A stretch of 64,000 nt of DNA. It comes from Mytilus trossulus (taxonomy: Eukaryota). Each line of letters starts with the position of its first letter. Position 1 is the stretch's first letter. Under the pieces are notes generated by a model. It saw only the letters and a list, made by a program, of their open reading frames with translations. It was not told where the DNA came from and made no database searches. Location: positions 2,790,001-2,854,000 of the forward strand of contig NC_086380.1 in assembly GCF_036588685.1 (NCBI RefSeq), written 5' to 3'. The position numbers were made by a program, and so were the translations under genes. Of the stretch, positions 12,850 through 25,404 are shown one piece after another.

Positions 12850-13198
12850 CATTGTCACGAAGATCAACATTAGGATTTTTTCTTAATAATAACCTTCCTA
12901 TATCACCATGCCAATGCAGACTTGCTCAATGAAGGGGACTACAACTATTATTGTCACATTAATTAATGTTAGGATACTTTTCTAAAAGTAACTTCACTAT
13001 ATGTTCTTCGATACATACTTGCCCAGTACAGAGGACTACACCCATCATTGCCACATATATCAGAGTTCGCATTCTTTTCTAACAGCAACCTAACTGTTTT
13101 AGTATGTCGGTCCTTACTTGCCCAGTACAGAGGACTACAACCATCACTGTCGCATAGATCAACGTTAGAATTATTCTCTAACAGTAACTTAACTATAT
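12850..13198 (-). pseudogene. Orphaned, decaying ankyrin repeats downstream of the present stop codon
   Basis: Minus strand reads IVKLLLENNSNVDLCDSDGCSPLYWASKDRHTKTVRLLLEKNANSDICGNDGCSPLYWASMYR, then a frameshift, then LLLEKYPNIN*CDNNSCSPLH*ASLHWHGDIGRLLLRKNPNVDLRDNDG. Confidence 0.85.
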
Positions 13199-13290
13199 AG
13201 ATATAGGAAGATGTGGTGTGAGTGTCAATGAGACAACTCTCAATCCAAATAACAATTTAAAAAAAGTAAACCATTATAGGTCAATGTATC
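13199..13290 (-). mobile_element. ~92-bp repeat 3'-end fragment inserted in an ankyrin unit; supplies the stop codon of the large gene
   Basis: gaagatgtggtgtgagtgtcaatgagacaactctc...gtaaaccattataggtcaatgta is the reverse complement of the repeat at about 405-483. It interrupts the unit between GH and IVKLL. Confidence 0.85.
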
Positions 13291-16200
13291 ATGTCCATCC
13301 TTACTTGCCCAGTACAGAGGACTACAACCATCACTGTCGCATAGATCAACGTTAGAATTATTCTCTAACAGTAACTTAACTATATCAGTATTTCCATCTT
13401 CAATTGCCCAGTACAGAGGACTACACCCATCATTGCCACATATATCAACGTTAGAATTATTCTCTAACAGTAACTTAACTATATCTGTATGTCGTCCATC
13501 CTTACTTGCCCAGTACAGAGGACTGCAACCATTATTGTCACATAGATCAACATTAGAATTATTCTCTAACAGTAACTTAACTATATCTGTATATCCATCC
13601 TTACTTGCCCAGTACAGAGGACTGCAGCCATTATTGTCACATAGATCAACATTAGAATTATTCTCTACCAGTAACCTAACTATATCTGTATATCCATCCT
13701 TACTTGCCCAGTACAGAGGACTGCAGCCATTATTGTCACATAGATCAACGTTAGAATTATTCTCTAACAGTAACTTAACTATATCTGTATGTCCATCCTT
13801 ACTTGCCCAGTACAGAGGACTGCAACCATTATTGTCACATAGATCAACATTAGAATTATTGTCTACCAGTAACCTAACTATATCTGTATATCCATCCTTA
13901 CTTGCCCAGTACAGAGGACTGCAGCCATCATTGTCACATAGATCAACATTAGAATTATTCTCTAACAGTACCTTAACTATATCAGTATGTCCATCCTTAC
14001 TTGCCCAGTAAAGAGGACTACAACCATCACTGTCGTATAGATCAACGTTAGAATTTTTCTCTAATAGCAACCTTACGATATCAGAATATCCTTTTTGACA
14101 TGCAACTAATAAAGGACTGCAGCCCTCAATGTTGCATAAATCTACATTAGATTTATTCGCTAACAGCAACATAACGATAGCACTACGTTCATTTTGACTT
14201 GTCGTGTATAGCGGCCTACCCTGAATAGCTTTATACAGAGGGCTACGGCATTCACAGTCACACAAATCAACGTTTGGATTGTGTTTTAAAAGTAACTTTA
14301 TTATATCAGTATGACAGTTTTGACTAGCTAATTGCAGAGAACTATATCCGTCATTGTTGCAAAGGTCAATTTTAGGGTTTTTCTTTAACAACAGTCTTAA
14401 TATATCAGTATATCCATACTGACTTGCAATGTACTGAGGACTACATCCGTCATTGTCACATAAATTAACATCAGGATTATTTTCTAAGAGCAACCTCACT
14501 ATATCAGTAAGTCCATACTGACATGCTTTATACAGAATAGTACAGCCGTTATTATCACATAAATTAACATTCGGATTCTTCTCTAACAGCAACCGTACTA
14601 TATCAGTTCGTCGATATATACTTGCTTTGTACAAAGGAGTGCATCCTTCATTATTGCATAAATCAACATTTGGTCTTCTTTCTAAAAGCAGCTTTACTAT
14701 TTCTGTATGTCCCTGAGTACTTGCTAACGTCAAGGGACTGTTGCCATTATTGTCACAAAGATCAACACTGTGGTTATACTCTAAAAGCAACTTCATGATA
14801 TCAGTATGGCCATTCTGACTGGCCCAGTGCAAGGGACTTAATCCAATATTGGTACACATATTCATTTGAGGGTTCATCTTTAAAAGCAACATGACTATAT
14901 CAATATGTCCATTTTGACTTGCCCTGTACAGAGGACTCCAGCCATTTATATCACATAAATCAATCTTAAGATTCTTTTGTAACAGTAATCTTACTATATC
15001 TGTATGTCCATATTGACTTGCTTTATATAGAGAACTACACCTATTATTGTCAAAATTATCAACGTTAGGATTCTTCTCTAACATCAATCTAACTATATCA
15101 GTATGCCCGTACCTACTTGCCTCGTATAGAGGAGTACGACCATCATTGTCACAAATATCAATATTAGAATTCTTCTGTAATAGCAGACTCACTATTTCAG
15201 TATGTCCTTTCTCACTTGCTTTATAGAGGGAAGTGCAGCCATCGTTGTCACAAAGATCAATATTAGGATTCTTCTCTAAAAGCAGGCTCACTATTTTAGT
15301 ATGTCCTTTCTCACTTGCTCTGTAGAGAGAAGTGCAGCCATCGATGTCACAAAGATCTATATTAGGATTCTTCTGTAATAGCAGGCTCACTATTTCAGTA
15401 TGTCCTTTCTCACTTGCTTTATAGAGGGAAGTGCAGCTATCGTTGTCACAAAGATCAATATTAGGATTCTTCTCTAATAGCAGGCTCACTATTTCAGTAT
15501 GTCCATTCTCACTTGCTCTGTAGAGGGGACTGCAGCCATCGTTGTCACAAAGATCAATATTAGGATTATTCTCTAATAGCAGGCTCACTATTTCAGTATG
15601 TCCATTCTCACTTGCTCTGTAGAGGGAAGTGCAGCCATCCCTGTCACAAAGATCAATATTAAGATTCTTCTCTAATAGAAGGCTCACTATTTCAGTATTT
15701 CCTTTCTCACTTGCTCTGTAGAGGGGACTGCAGCCATCGTTGTCACAAAGATCAATATTAGGATTCTTCTCTAATAGCAGGCTCACTATTTCAGTATGTC
15801 CTTTCTCACTTGCTCTGTAGAGAGAAGTGAAGCCATCGTTGTCACAAATATCCATATTAGGATTCTTCTCTAATAGCAGGCTCACTATTTCAGTATTTCC
15901 TTTCTCACTTGCTCTGTAGAGGGGACTGCAGCCATCGTTGTCACAAAGATCAATATTAGGATTTTTCTCTAATAGCAGGCTCACTATTTCAGTATGTCCA
16001 AGCTCACTATTCCTGGAGAGGCAACTTTGGCCAGCATTGTCGCAAATATCTAAATTCGGTTTTTTCTCTAACAGTAATTTTACTATATCTATTATTCCAA
16101 GCTCACTTGCCCTGTAGACGGTAGTACAGCCATCCTTTTCACAAAGATCAATATTAGGAGTCTTCTCTAAAAGCAAGCCCACTATTTCAGTATGTCCATT

Positions 16201-19200
16201 CTCACTTGCTCTGTAGAGGGCAGTGCAGCCATCGTTGTCACAAAGATCAATATTAGGATTCTTCTCTAATAGCAGGCTCACTATTTCAGTATGTCCAAGC
16301 TCACTATTCCTGGAGAGGGAACTTTGGCCAGCATTGTCGCAAATATCTGAATTCGGATTTTTCTCTAACAGTAATTTAACTACATCTATAATTCCAAGCT
16401 CACTTGCCCTGTAGACGGCAGTACAGCCATCGCTGTCACATAGATCAATATTAGGATTATTCTCTAATAACAGGCTCACTATTTCAGTATTTCCATTCTC
16501 ACTTGCTCTGTAGAGGGCAGTGCAGCCAGCGTTGTCACAAAGATCAATATAAGAATTCTTCTCTAATAGCAGGCTCACTATTTCAGTATGTCCATTCTCA
16601 CTTGCTCTGTAGAGGGAACTGCAGCCATCGTTGTCACAAAGATCTATATTAGGATTCTTCTCTAATAGCAGGCTCACTATTTCAGTATGTCCATTCTCAC
16701 TTGCTCTGTAGAGGGGACTGCAGCTATCGTTGTCACAAAGATCAAAATTAGGATTCTTCTCTAATAGCAAACTCACTATTTCAGTATGTCCTTTCTCACT
16801 TGCTCTGTAGAGGGAACTTTGGCCAGCATTGTCGCAAATATCTAAATTCGGATTTTTTTCTAACAGTAATTTAACTACATCTATAAATCCAAGCTCACTT
16901 GCCCTGTAGACGGCCGTAGAGCCATCGCTGTCACAAAGATCAGTATTAGGATTCTTCTCTAAAAGCAAGCCCACTATTTCAGTATGTCCATTCTCACTTG
17001 CTCTGTAGAGGGAACTGCAGCAATCGTTGTCACAAAGATCAATATTAGGATTCTTCTCTAATAGCAAACTAACTATTTTAGTATGTCCTTTCTCACTTGC
17101 TATGTAGAGGGAAGTGCAGCCATCCCTGTCACAAAGATCAATATTAGGATTCTTCTCTAATAGCAGGCTCACTATTTCAGTATGTCCTTTCTCACTTGCT
17201 CTGTAGAGGGAACTGCAGCTATCGTTGTCACAAAGATCAATATTTGGATTATTTTCTAATAGCAAACTAACTATTTCAGTATGTCCTTTCTCACTTGCTA
17301 TGTAGAGGGAAGTGCAGCCATCCCTGTCACAAAGATCAATATTAGGATTCTTCTCTAATAGCAGGCTCACTATTTCAGTATGTCCTTTCTCACTTGCTCT
17401 GTAGAGGGAACTGCAGCCATTGTTGTCACAAAGATCAATATTAGGATTCTTCTCTAATAGCAAACTAACTATTTCAGTATGTCCTTTCTCACTTGCTATG
17501 CAGAGGGAAGTGCAGCCATCCCTGTCACAAAGATCAATATTAGGATTCTTCTCTAATAGCAAGCTCACTATTTCAGTATGTCCATTTGCACTTGCCTCGT
17601 AGAGGGAACTGCATCCATCGGTTTCAAAAATATTTAAGTTAGGATTTTTTTCTAACAGTAATTTTAAGATTTCAGTATGTCCGTTACGACATGCCATATG
17701 AAGAGGACTCCAGCCAATGTTGTTGCATAGCTCAAAATTAAGATTCGTCTCTAGTAGTAACCTAACGATACTAGTGTGTCCTAGCTGACTTGCTATGTAA
17801 AGAGGACTGCGGCATTCACTGTCACATAGATCGACATCAGGATTCTTCTTACACAACAACCTTACTATATCAGTGTGTCCATACTGACTCGCTTTGTAAA
17901 GAGGACTACTGCCATTGTTGTCACACAAATTAACGTTAGGATTGCTCTCTAACAGCAAGCTTACTATTTCAGGATGCCGATACATACTTGCCATGTAAAG
18001 AGGACTACAACCATCATTGTCGCATACATTTACATTTGAATTCTTCCATAATAGCAACCTTACTATATCAGTATGTCCATTCTTACTTGCTATTAATAGA
18101 GGTGTATAGCCATATTTGTTACTTATATCGATATTACAACTCGTGCTTAACAGCAACTTTACTATCTCAGTATGTCCATTCTGACTTGCTTTGAATAAAG
18201 GACTGCATCCATCAGAGTCACACAATTCAATATGAGGATTCCTCTCTAATAAAATTACCACAATATTCGAATACCCTTCCTGACTTGCCATAATCAATCC
18301 AGTGACACCATCAATGCTACATTGATCCACATCTACATCAGTATGTAACATCCACCTAATCATATCAGTATAACCATATTTACATGCTAGTATCAGTGGC
18401 GTTTCACCTAATCCCAAAAAACACTTTGGTAACACTGCATCCTTGGTATTGACCAATGTAATTTGTTGTCGTTTATCAAGTTGTAATATGTATTGTAATA
18501 ACTGTTGTCTAAATGATGAGTCTTTCATATTAATGTTATTGAATACAACTGACATCTTTCCTGCTGACCATTCTTTAACCAACCTTTTAAGATATGATCC
18601 TAAAAATGATTCTGGTATTTCGATAATAAAGTCTATGTTACTGTTCTTGTCATCCGGTGATTTTAGTAGAATAAAACGTTCAAGTACTAAATCGCTATCA
18701 CCATGATCTATTAAACATTCAATTATGATTTGACCAAAGTAATGAGAAAGGAAGTCAAACAATTTATCATGGATAGTTCTATAAATGCCATTCTGTTTAC
18801 AAATAAATGTATTATCTAAAGTATCAAGCGCCTCTTTGATTACTGCCTTGGATGTACTTCTGTTCAATCCACAAGCCTCACATGTATCTTCTAGGATGAT
18901 TCGCTGTTCATCTGTAACTTTACCTTGAAACCATATTTCTTTAAGTCGATTATTAAATAGAACGCAAAAAGCAAGACTACAAACTCTATATTTTCCTTCC
19001 TCTCCATGTCTACAAAGATTGTCTAACTCATTTTTATAGACGAAAAATGGATTTTGGAAAAATTCGTTCATATCAACATCGGTTCTTTCATGATAGAGTT
19101 CACATAAAAGGGGGAAAAAATCACAATATTTTGCGACTTCATTAAGAGTCTTACTATTCTTACCAATATACATGTCTGCAATTTTTGCTTTCTCTGAAGA

Positions 19201-19670
19201 TGTAAGATATAACATATTTGATAGTAAATTACATTCAAATGTTTTAAAAGGTAATAATACATTAAATTTATCATCTTTATAGACTTGTAACCTACAACAT
19301 ACGATAATCTTACAACAATGGTCTGCAAAAATCGTCTTTATCACAGGTAACAGTTGTTTCCAGTTTTCAATCTGTTGTTGGTTAGCGGTGAAATTTCCAC
19401 AAATATCATCTACAATAAATACCGCCAGTCTACCAGGTTGATAATAGTCCCTGATGTCTGGTGGTGAAGACACTGGTATAATATTATATCCTCTCATCTT
19501 TAAAACCAGTGCTGTGTGTCTAGCGATAAATGATTTCCCAAGTCCTGAAGGGGCAGTTATTGTCACACACTTGTTGTCCTCCAAACATGCAATGACATAA
19601 TCACTGGCTCTTGTAGACACGAACTTCTTGTCTTTCTTGTCCCAGTCTTCAATCTGTGCTTGTATTTGGT
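13240..19670 (-). CDS. Coding exon 5 of the HEPN-STAND-ankyrin gene: nSTAND3-type NTPase plus ~51 ankyrin repeats
   Basis: Acceptor catattttag|AC at 19671/19670 (phase 1). Walker A TITAPSGLGKS (about 19531-19563), Walker B VFIVDDICG (about 19396-19422), then a helical linker and 33-aa ankyrin units from GETPLILAC (about 18408) to 13290. Open for 6.4 kb. Confidence 0.92.
13290..14030 (-). repeat. Homogeneous block of ~8 coding 99-bp ankyrin units (GCSPLYWASKDG type)
   Basis: ccatccttacttgcccagtacagaggact recurs every ~99 bp. One unit has a 3-bp insertion (DGRHTD). Confidence 0.9.
15140..17600 (-). repeat. Homogeneous block of ~25 coding 99-bp ankyrin units (LYRASEKGHTEIVSLLLEKNPNIDLCD type)
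   Basis: Near-identical DNA units (cacaaagatcaatattaggattcttctctaatagcaggctcactatttcagtatgtcc) with dimeric and trimeric higher-order patterns. Confidence 0.95.
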
Positions 19671-20489
19671 CTAAAATATGTATGTAAAGACATAAAACAC
19701 TTACCATAAAAAAGAAGAAGAAGATATTGAATAATTCCCATTATATAAACGTGTTTACTAAAGACGTCATTCACGAAGGACATGTTTTATTTTTTGGCAA
19801 ACAACTTGCCTGTTTTCAAATCTTAAATAACCCATTGTGAACACACATTAATTTGTAATTGATTGATTGGATCATTTGATATGAAGGCGGACATAAACTT
19901 CTTTCGATCTGCATTTAAAACATCCATTTAATAGTTTTATCTCAGGCGTTATTCAAAATACAACAAACATTAAAACTCAAAGTACTTTTAACCCATGTGT
20001 TCTTGGAATAATAACATGGCTTTGGTTAAAATGTGAGAGAAAATCATTTTATAATTACTAAGAAGAATATGTCTTGATTTGTTTGTGGTATAGCTTAGAT
20101 TAAAGTGCATGCTATTGTTCTAACGACTGATTTATGTCCTGTTAACAAATGTCTGATCTGAACATGATAAAATAATTCAAAAAATGAAAATGGTTATTAT
20201 TATCATTTTTTTGCACAATATAATAGTATGTGTTAAGACAGTGTAGACAATTATGATTGGCCACAAAAAAGTGAAATAACAAAATTACCAAACTCCAAGG
20301 AAAATTATAACCAAAATTCCTGTATCAAATGGCAAAAAAACCCAGCTCAAACACATCAAACGAATGAAATACAAATGTCATATTCCTGACTTGGTACAGA
20401 GATTCTGTATGTTGAAGAGAGTGGATAACATCTGGTTTTATAGCTGGCTTAACTTTTCAATTGTATGAAATTTGACATAATTCAATTTT

Positions 20490-21375
20490 TTCTGCGAGTA
20501 CTCTCAGATCTGGACTTAGTGTGTTTTTGTTGTTGCGATATACAATTACCCGACCACGTCCACTATGTGTTTTTGTTAGAGTATTAATATTTGTATCAAT
20601 CTGATGCGTTAAGCCTTTTTCAACTGATTTCTATAGTTCGTTCTCATGTTGTACTGTTACAACACTTTCCCAGGTTAGAGGGAGGGTTGGGATTAGCTAA
20701 CATGTTTCGCCCGGCCACATTCTGTATGTATGTGCCTGTCCAAAGTCAGGAGCTTACGTACTCCCATTTAGGAACTCCCAAAAATATAATTGAATTAAAA
20801 ATCACGAATTGTATAATTCTTTATAACAGATTAAATTTGTGATAACGAGTTGTTGGAAATCAGAATAACAGATTTTTTAATTCTAAATTACGAATTGTAA
20901 TGTATGATAACGATTTAAAATCGTCATAACAAATTCAACAAAAGGGATTGAACACAAACTGAAACATCATTAGTGTGACTGTTTTCTTCAAATTCGTTAT
21001 CCCAAATTTTATCTGCTATAACGAATTATACAATTCGTGATAACGATTTAAATTCGTGATTTTGAATTCAAATTATATTTGTGGGAGGTTGTAAATGGGC
21101 CTCTTTATGAACCTGTATTGCAATGGTTGCCGTTTGTTGATGTGTTACATGTTGGTCTTTCGTTCATTTTTTTTTGTACATAAATTAGGCTGTTAGTTTT
21201 CTCATTTGAATTGTTTTACATTTGTTCTTTCGGGGTAATTTATAGCTGACTATGCGGAATGGGCTTTTCTGTTTGATGAAGGCCTTACGGTGACCTGAAA
21301 GTGTTAATTTCTGTGTCATTTTGGTATCTGGAGGACAGTTGTCTCATAGGCAATCATACCACATCCTTTTTTTTT
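20490..21375 (+). repeat. Family-2 dispersed repeat interrupted by a MITE (intronic)
   Basis: Colinear with the reverse complement of 58427-58872 and 23035-23515. Ends ggcaatcataccacatcctttttttt. Confidence 0.8.
20755..21108. mobile_element. MITE with ~50-bp imperfect TIRs nested in a family-2 repeat
   Basis: cccatttaggaactcccaaaaatataattgaattaaaaatcacgaatt versus aattcgtgattttgaattcaaattatatttgtgggaggttgtaaatggg. Internal gataacga repeats. The host repeat resumes after it. Confidence 0.75.
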
Positions 21376-21539
21376 ATATATATAATTAGTCTTTTTAGAT
21401 TTAATAGTAAAAAATGTAAGAAATAGTGTACAGAAGTCAACATTGTACTATAAGCTTAATCACTATAGAACAAACAACTATGTCAATAAAGTAAAACACA
21501 ATGACTTATAGACAAAGCCCATACGCAAACCTGAAACAT

Positions 21540-21850
21540 CAAGTATATACATCTCAGTTGATATAATATTCCAGTGCTTGCCATTTATAACCAGAATTTC
21601 TTTAAAGAAGATTGTTGTTTACATCAAAACTACGGGTACCTGCTTACAGTAAAGCTATTAAACAAAGAATTTTGTAGTAGAGTTGAAATGTTTACAGACA
21701 CGATCAAGAGTTGATTGACCATTAATCAATATTTAGATATGTTTCACAGACAATATATGTCATTTGCCGTAACCATTATCTCGCCTTCTTTTCAACCGAT
21801 TAGTAGCTACATAAGTATCACGACGGATTCCACATGTTAAGAACATTTTG
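21540..21850 (+). pseudogene. Highly decayed Penelope-like RT C-terminal fragment
   Basis: gtatatacatctcagttgatataatattccagtgcttgc = VYTSQLI*YSSAC, homologous to VYISQLVRFARVC at about 8055-8093 and to about 24325-24363. Confidence 0.5.
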
Positions 21851-21855
21851 GTCAG

Positions 21856-21858
<3 letters not shown>

Positions 21859-21894
<36 letters not shown>
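21859..21894. repeat. (CT)n microsatellite
   Basis: Perfect dinucleotide run in the intron just after exon 4. Confidence 0.95.
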
Positions 21895-21900
<6 letters not shown>

Positions 21901-21941
21901 TCTCTCTCATAATGTGTATAAAGAAGATACATGTGACGTAC

Positions 21942-22016
21942 CTCTGATGTTCTTTGGAATAACTTCATCCTGTTCAGCTTTTAATTTCTCTATTTCTGTT
22001 AAGAGTACTTGTATCG
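21942..22016 (-). CDS. Coding exon 4 of the HEPN-STAND-ankyrin gene (coiled-coil linker)
   Basis: tttttttcag|CG...AGAG|gtacgt. 75 nt, phase 1-1. Reads (T)IQVLLTEIEKLKAEQDEVIPKNIR(D) and joins exons 3 and 5 in frame. Confidence 0.8.
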
Positions 22017-22357
22017 CTGAAAAAAAATGAATATTATTTCTGTGAAAGAAAATATAAAAAAAAATGTATTATTTGCGAAAACTTCAAAATGAACAATTCT
22101 CTGTAGTTCTGTATCGTTTTGTGTATTACTGCGCTATATATTGCGATTATACTGGTTGACGATAATAGAGTCTAAATAAATGCCGGTTCATATAAAATTT
22201 TACTGGCCTCAATACAAACAAAACATCTAGACGGAAAGTCCCTAGGCAAATTGCGAAATCAAACGCTGAAACACATCAAACGAAGCTTAGAAGAACAACT
22301 GTTATATTACTGACTTTGTACAGGTATTTTCGTATGTAGAACATGGTGGATTAATAT

Positions 22358-22676
22358 AAAAAAGAAGATGTGGTATGATTGCCAATGAGATAACTATCCA
22401 CAAAAGACCAAAATGACACAGACATTAACAACTATAGGTCACCGTACGGCCTTCAACAATGAGCAAAGCCCATACCGCATAGTCAGCTATATTAGGCCCC
22501 GATAAGACAATGTAAAACAATTCAAACGAGAAAACTAACGGCCTTATTTATGTAAAAAAAAATGAACGAAAAACTAAATATGTAACACATAAACAAACGT
22601 CAACCACTGAATTACAAGCTCCTGGCTTGGGACAGGCACATACACAAATAATGTGGCGGAGTTAAACATGTTAGCG
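22358..22676 (-). repeat. Family-2 dispersed repeat
   Basis: aaaaagaagatgtggtatgattgccaatgaga...cataccgcatagtcagctata...ttgggacaggcaca...gttaaacatgttagcg. Confidence 0.85.
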
Positions 22677-23034
22677 TAACTTGGATTTATAGCTAGCTAA
22701 ACCTCTAACTTGTATGACAGTCGCATAGAATTTCAATACATTGACAACGATGTATGAACAAAACCAAGACATTATAGGTACAAATGTCAAAAAGGGTACA
22801 GCAGTCATCATTTTGTTAAATCTTAAACACTTTAAGAACATGCAAAACATTAACTAAAATCATTATTTTGGCTTTGCAATGGCATTATCATTTTGTTTTT
22901 GAATCGTGAACGTGCCTAATTATTTCGTTTCATTCGCCTCTTTTAAACGTGCCAAAGAGAAATGGAGAAATTGAAATAATAAACGTGCTCCTAACCGAAC
23001 TTATTTATTTTCAATTTCAAAATGTAAATATAAA

Positions 23035-23515
23035 AGAGAAAATGTGGTATGAATTTAAATGAGGCAACTCTCCATAAGAGACCAAATGACACAGAAATTA
23101 ACAACTATAGATCAGAGTATACGTGCGACCTGCAACAATGAGCAAAGCCCATACCGCATAGTCAGCTATAAAAAGGCCCCTAAATGACATATGTAAAACA
23201 ATTCAAACGAGACAACTAATGGCCTAATTTATGTACAAAAAATGAACGAAAAACAAATATGATCCCAACCCTACCCTAACCTGGGACAGTGTTGTACCAG
23301 TACATCATAAGAGAAAACTATAAAAATCGATTGAAAAACTCATCAGATGAATATAAATAGAAATACATCTAACAAGAACACAGAGTGGACGTCGCCGAGT
23401 ACTTGTATATCATAACAACAAAAATACGCTTGGTACTGATCTGAGAGTACTCGCTGTTACTGACAGCTAGTTCGAAGCCACTAACAACTAATAAAAAATC
23501 ATGCATCTAAGACTT
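23035..23515 (-). repeat. Family-2 dispersed repeat, internally deleted
   Basis: Same terminus (atgtggtatga...) and body as 22358 and 58427. Confidence 0.8.
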
Positions 23516-23726
23516 AAATCATGTATGATGTTGAATTGATAGTACTTGTTGTATCTTTCATCTCAACTTCAATATTTAATGTATTTAAGCTGTCATAATT
23601 CCTTTTTTATTTTTTTTATTTTTTAGGTACAGATCATCATCTACTTACTAGTATATAATGCAGTTAAAGGATACTGAGATCGTTTCCTCTGTCATGGAAA
23701 TCAATGGAATTTGAACTCATACTTAC

Positions 23727-23916
23727 TTGTATCATTCTTTGATTCATTCTCCTCATGAATTATTTTTAAATTCTCTAATGACTGTTTCAATTCCTGAATC
23801 TCATTTCTTGAATATCTAATTTCCAGAATAATGTCTTTATTTGTTTGATCAAGTACCTTTGTCTTTAACTGATCACATTGGTGTTTCATAGATGACCCAG
23901 CTAATCTATATATAGC
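23727..23916 (-). CDS. Coding exon 3 of the HEPN-STAND-ankyrin gene (end of HEPN, coiled coil)
   Basis: atattttag|GCT...ACAA|gtaagt. 190 nt, phase 0-1. Reads AIYRLAGSSMKHQCDQLKTKVLDQTNKDIILEIRYSRNEIQELKQSLENLKIIHEENESKNDT. Confidence 0.85.
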
Positions 23917-23974
23917 CTAAAATATATAAAGTGGGTTTAAAAACAAATTTAAAAAAGTCAACGTATAAATAAAA

Positions 23975-24595
23975 GGCATTCCAATGGAAACCAATTATGC
24001 CTCTCTTTTTGACGACTTTTTTCTTTATTATTATGAGGCTGACTTCAAACAGGAACTACGTAGGAAGAAAGATAAGAAGTTAGCAATATCCTTTAACTTT
24101 ACTTTCTGCTAAATAGATGATGTTCTCTCATTAAGTAATTCAATATTTGGTGACTATGTTAACAGATACAGTTAAGTATGCCTCATATCTTGACTAACAT
24201 CTAGAAATTGACAAGGAGGGTCGGTTGAAAACACAACTTTACGACAAAAGAGATGATTTAAGCTTCCCAATTGTGAACTTTCCATTTTCATGTAGCAACA
24301 TACCCAGTAGCGCCTGCATATGGAGTATAAATCTCTCAATTGATACGACATTCCCAGTCCTGTATTACCTATCATGCTTTCTTTGACAGAAGGTTGCTTC
24401 ACACAAGGAATCTATTAAACCAAGAGTTGTAAATGGTGAAATTGAAATCATCCCTTCGTAAATTTTATCAACGCCATCACGAGTTGGTTAACCGTCATGG
24501 AATATCCGTTTCACAGACGATATCGGATATGTGTCTTATGTCGAAACTACAATCCCGTTCGCTTCTCACAACTTTGATCTACCAAATGAGACTAT
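23975..24595 (+). pseudogene. Decayed Penelope-like RT fragment (second family), antisense in an intron
   Basis: GIPMETNYASLFDDFFLYYYEADFKQELRRKKDKKLAISFNFTFC*IDDVLS...LYDKRDDLSFPIVNFPFSCSNIP...KLKSSLRKFYQRHHELV, with stops and frameshifts. Confidence 0.8.
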
Positions 24596-24597
24596 TT

Positions 24598-24650
24598 AAT
24601 ACGCCTGACGCGCGTTTCGTCCACACAAAACTAGCCAGTGACGCTCAGAT
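24598..24650 (-). ncRNA. Degenerate type I hammerhead-ribozyme motif (core mutated)
   Basis: Minus strand: gcgtca CTGGCTA gttttgtgtggac GAAA cgcgcg TC aggcgt. The CUGAUGA box is changed to CUGGCUA. Confidence 0.6.
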
Positions 24651-25404
24651 AAAAAAGTTTGAAAGCCAAAACAAGTACAATATGAAGTGCATTGAGGACT
24701 AAAAATTCCAAAAAGTTGTGCCAAATACGGCGAGGGTTTTCTGCCTGGGATAAGAACATACTGATTGTTTAGAATAACTTTTGCGACCATTTTTTTTTAT
24801 AAAATGACTATATAATAGATATTCATGATAAAACTAAAGTGGTGACTAACTACAGAATAAATATGTCGTGAATTGAAAAATGTCTGTGTTTTCGTGTAAA
24901 TTTGAGATCTTTGTTTTGCCAAAGTTTGCACTCAAATCTAGAGAATATTAGCTTTTCGTTGATCATTTGAAATTTTGCGGTTCATCTGTGCAATCGAAAC
25001 CCACGACAATTGATATCCAAGGAATGTTTTTAAATCCACAGTAATATATATCCTACCTTTTGCAGTTTCTGTTGCATGTAACCAGATAAGGGAAACCCTT
25101 TGTTACGAACTCCATGTTAAAAAAATTTCAACTGCTTCCGCTGACTAATTTGATGCCTTTGAGAAATTAAAGATACTCTTTGATTTTTGGAACACACTTT
25201 TCTTTTTATGTTATTGGTCTTTATGGCCTTTGTTTATTAACTATTATTGTGGTGCAACTTCTGAGAAGACTATGTAGGTTTTCTTTCTTTTTCGGTTTCA
25301 ATGACTTACGCTGGGTACTTGACTGTCCGGGATACTTTTAGAAGATTACTTGAGATGAGAGCTCAAATTACGAACGAATATTATATTTTTCAATAAAAAC
25401 AAAC

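Noticed and set aside
12100-12850. Former coding tail of the ankyrin gene
   Set aside because: The minus strand is K/N/T-codon-rich and may be a decayed low-complexity C-terminus, but no sustained frame or motif supports it.
13433-18706. Plus-strand ORFs 13433-14011, 16223-16414, 17420-17602, 17988-18194, 18443-18706
   Set aside because: Antisense shadows of the ankyrin/STAND coding exon; they stay open because of repeat periodicity.
19671-19707. N-terminal MVSVLCLYIHIL of the 2155-aa ORF as the true start
   Set aside because: It lies upstream of a good acceptor (catattttag) that joins in frame to exon 4; best read as intron.
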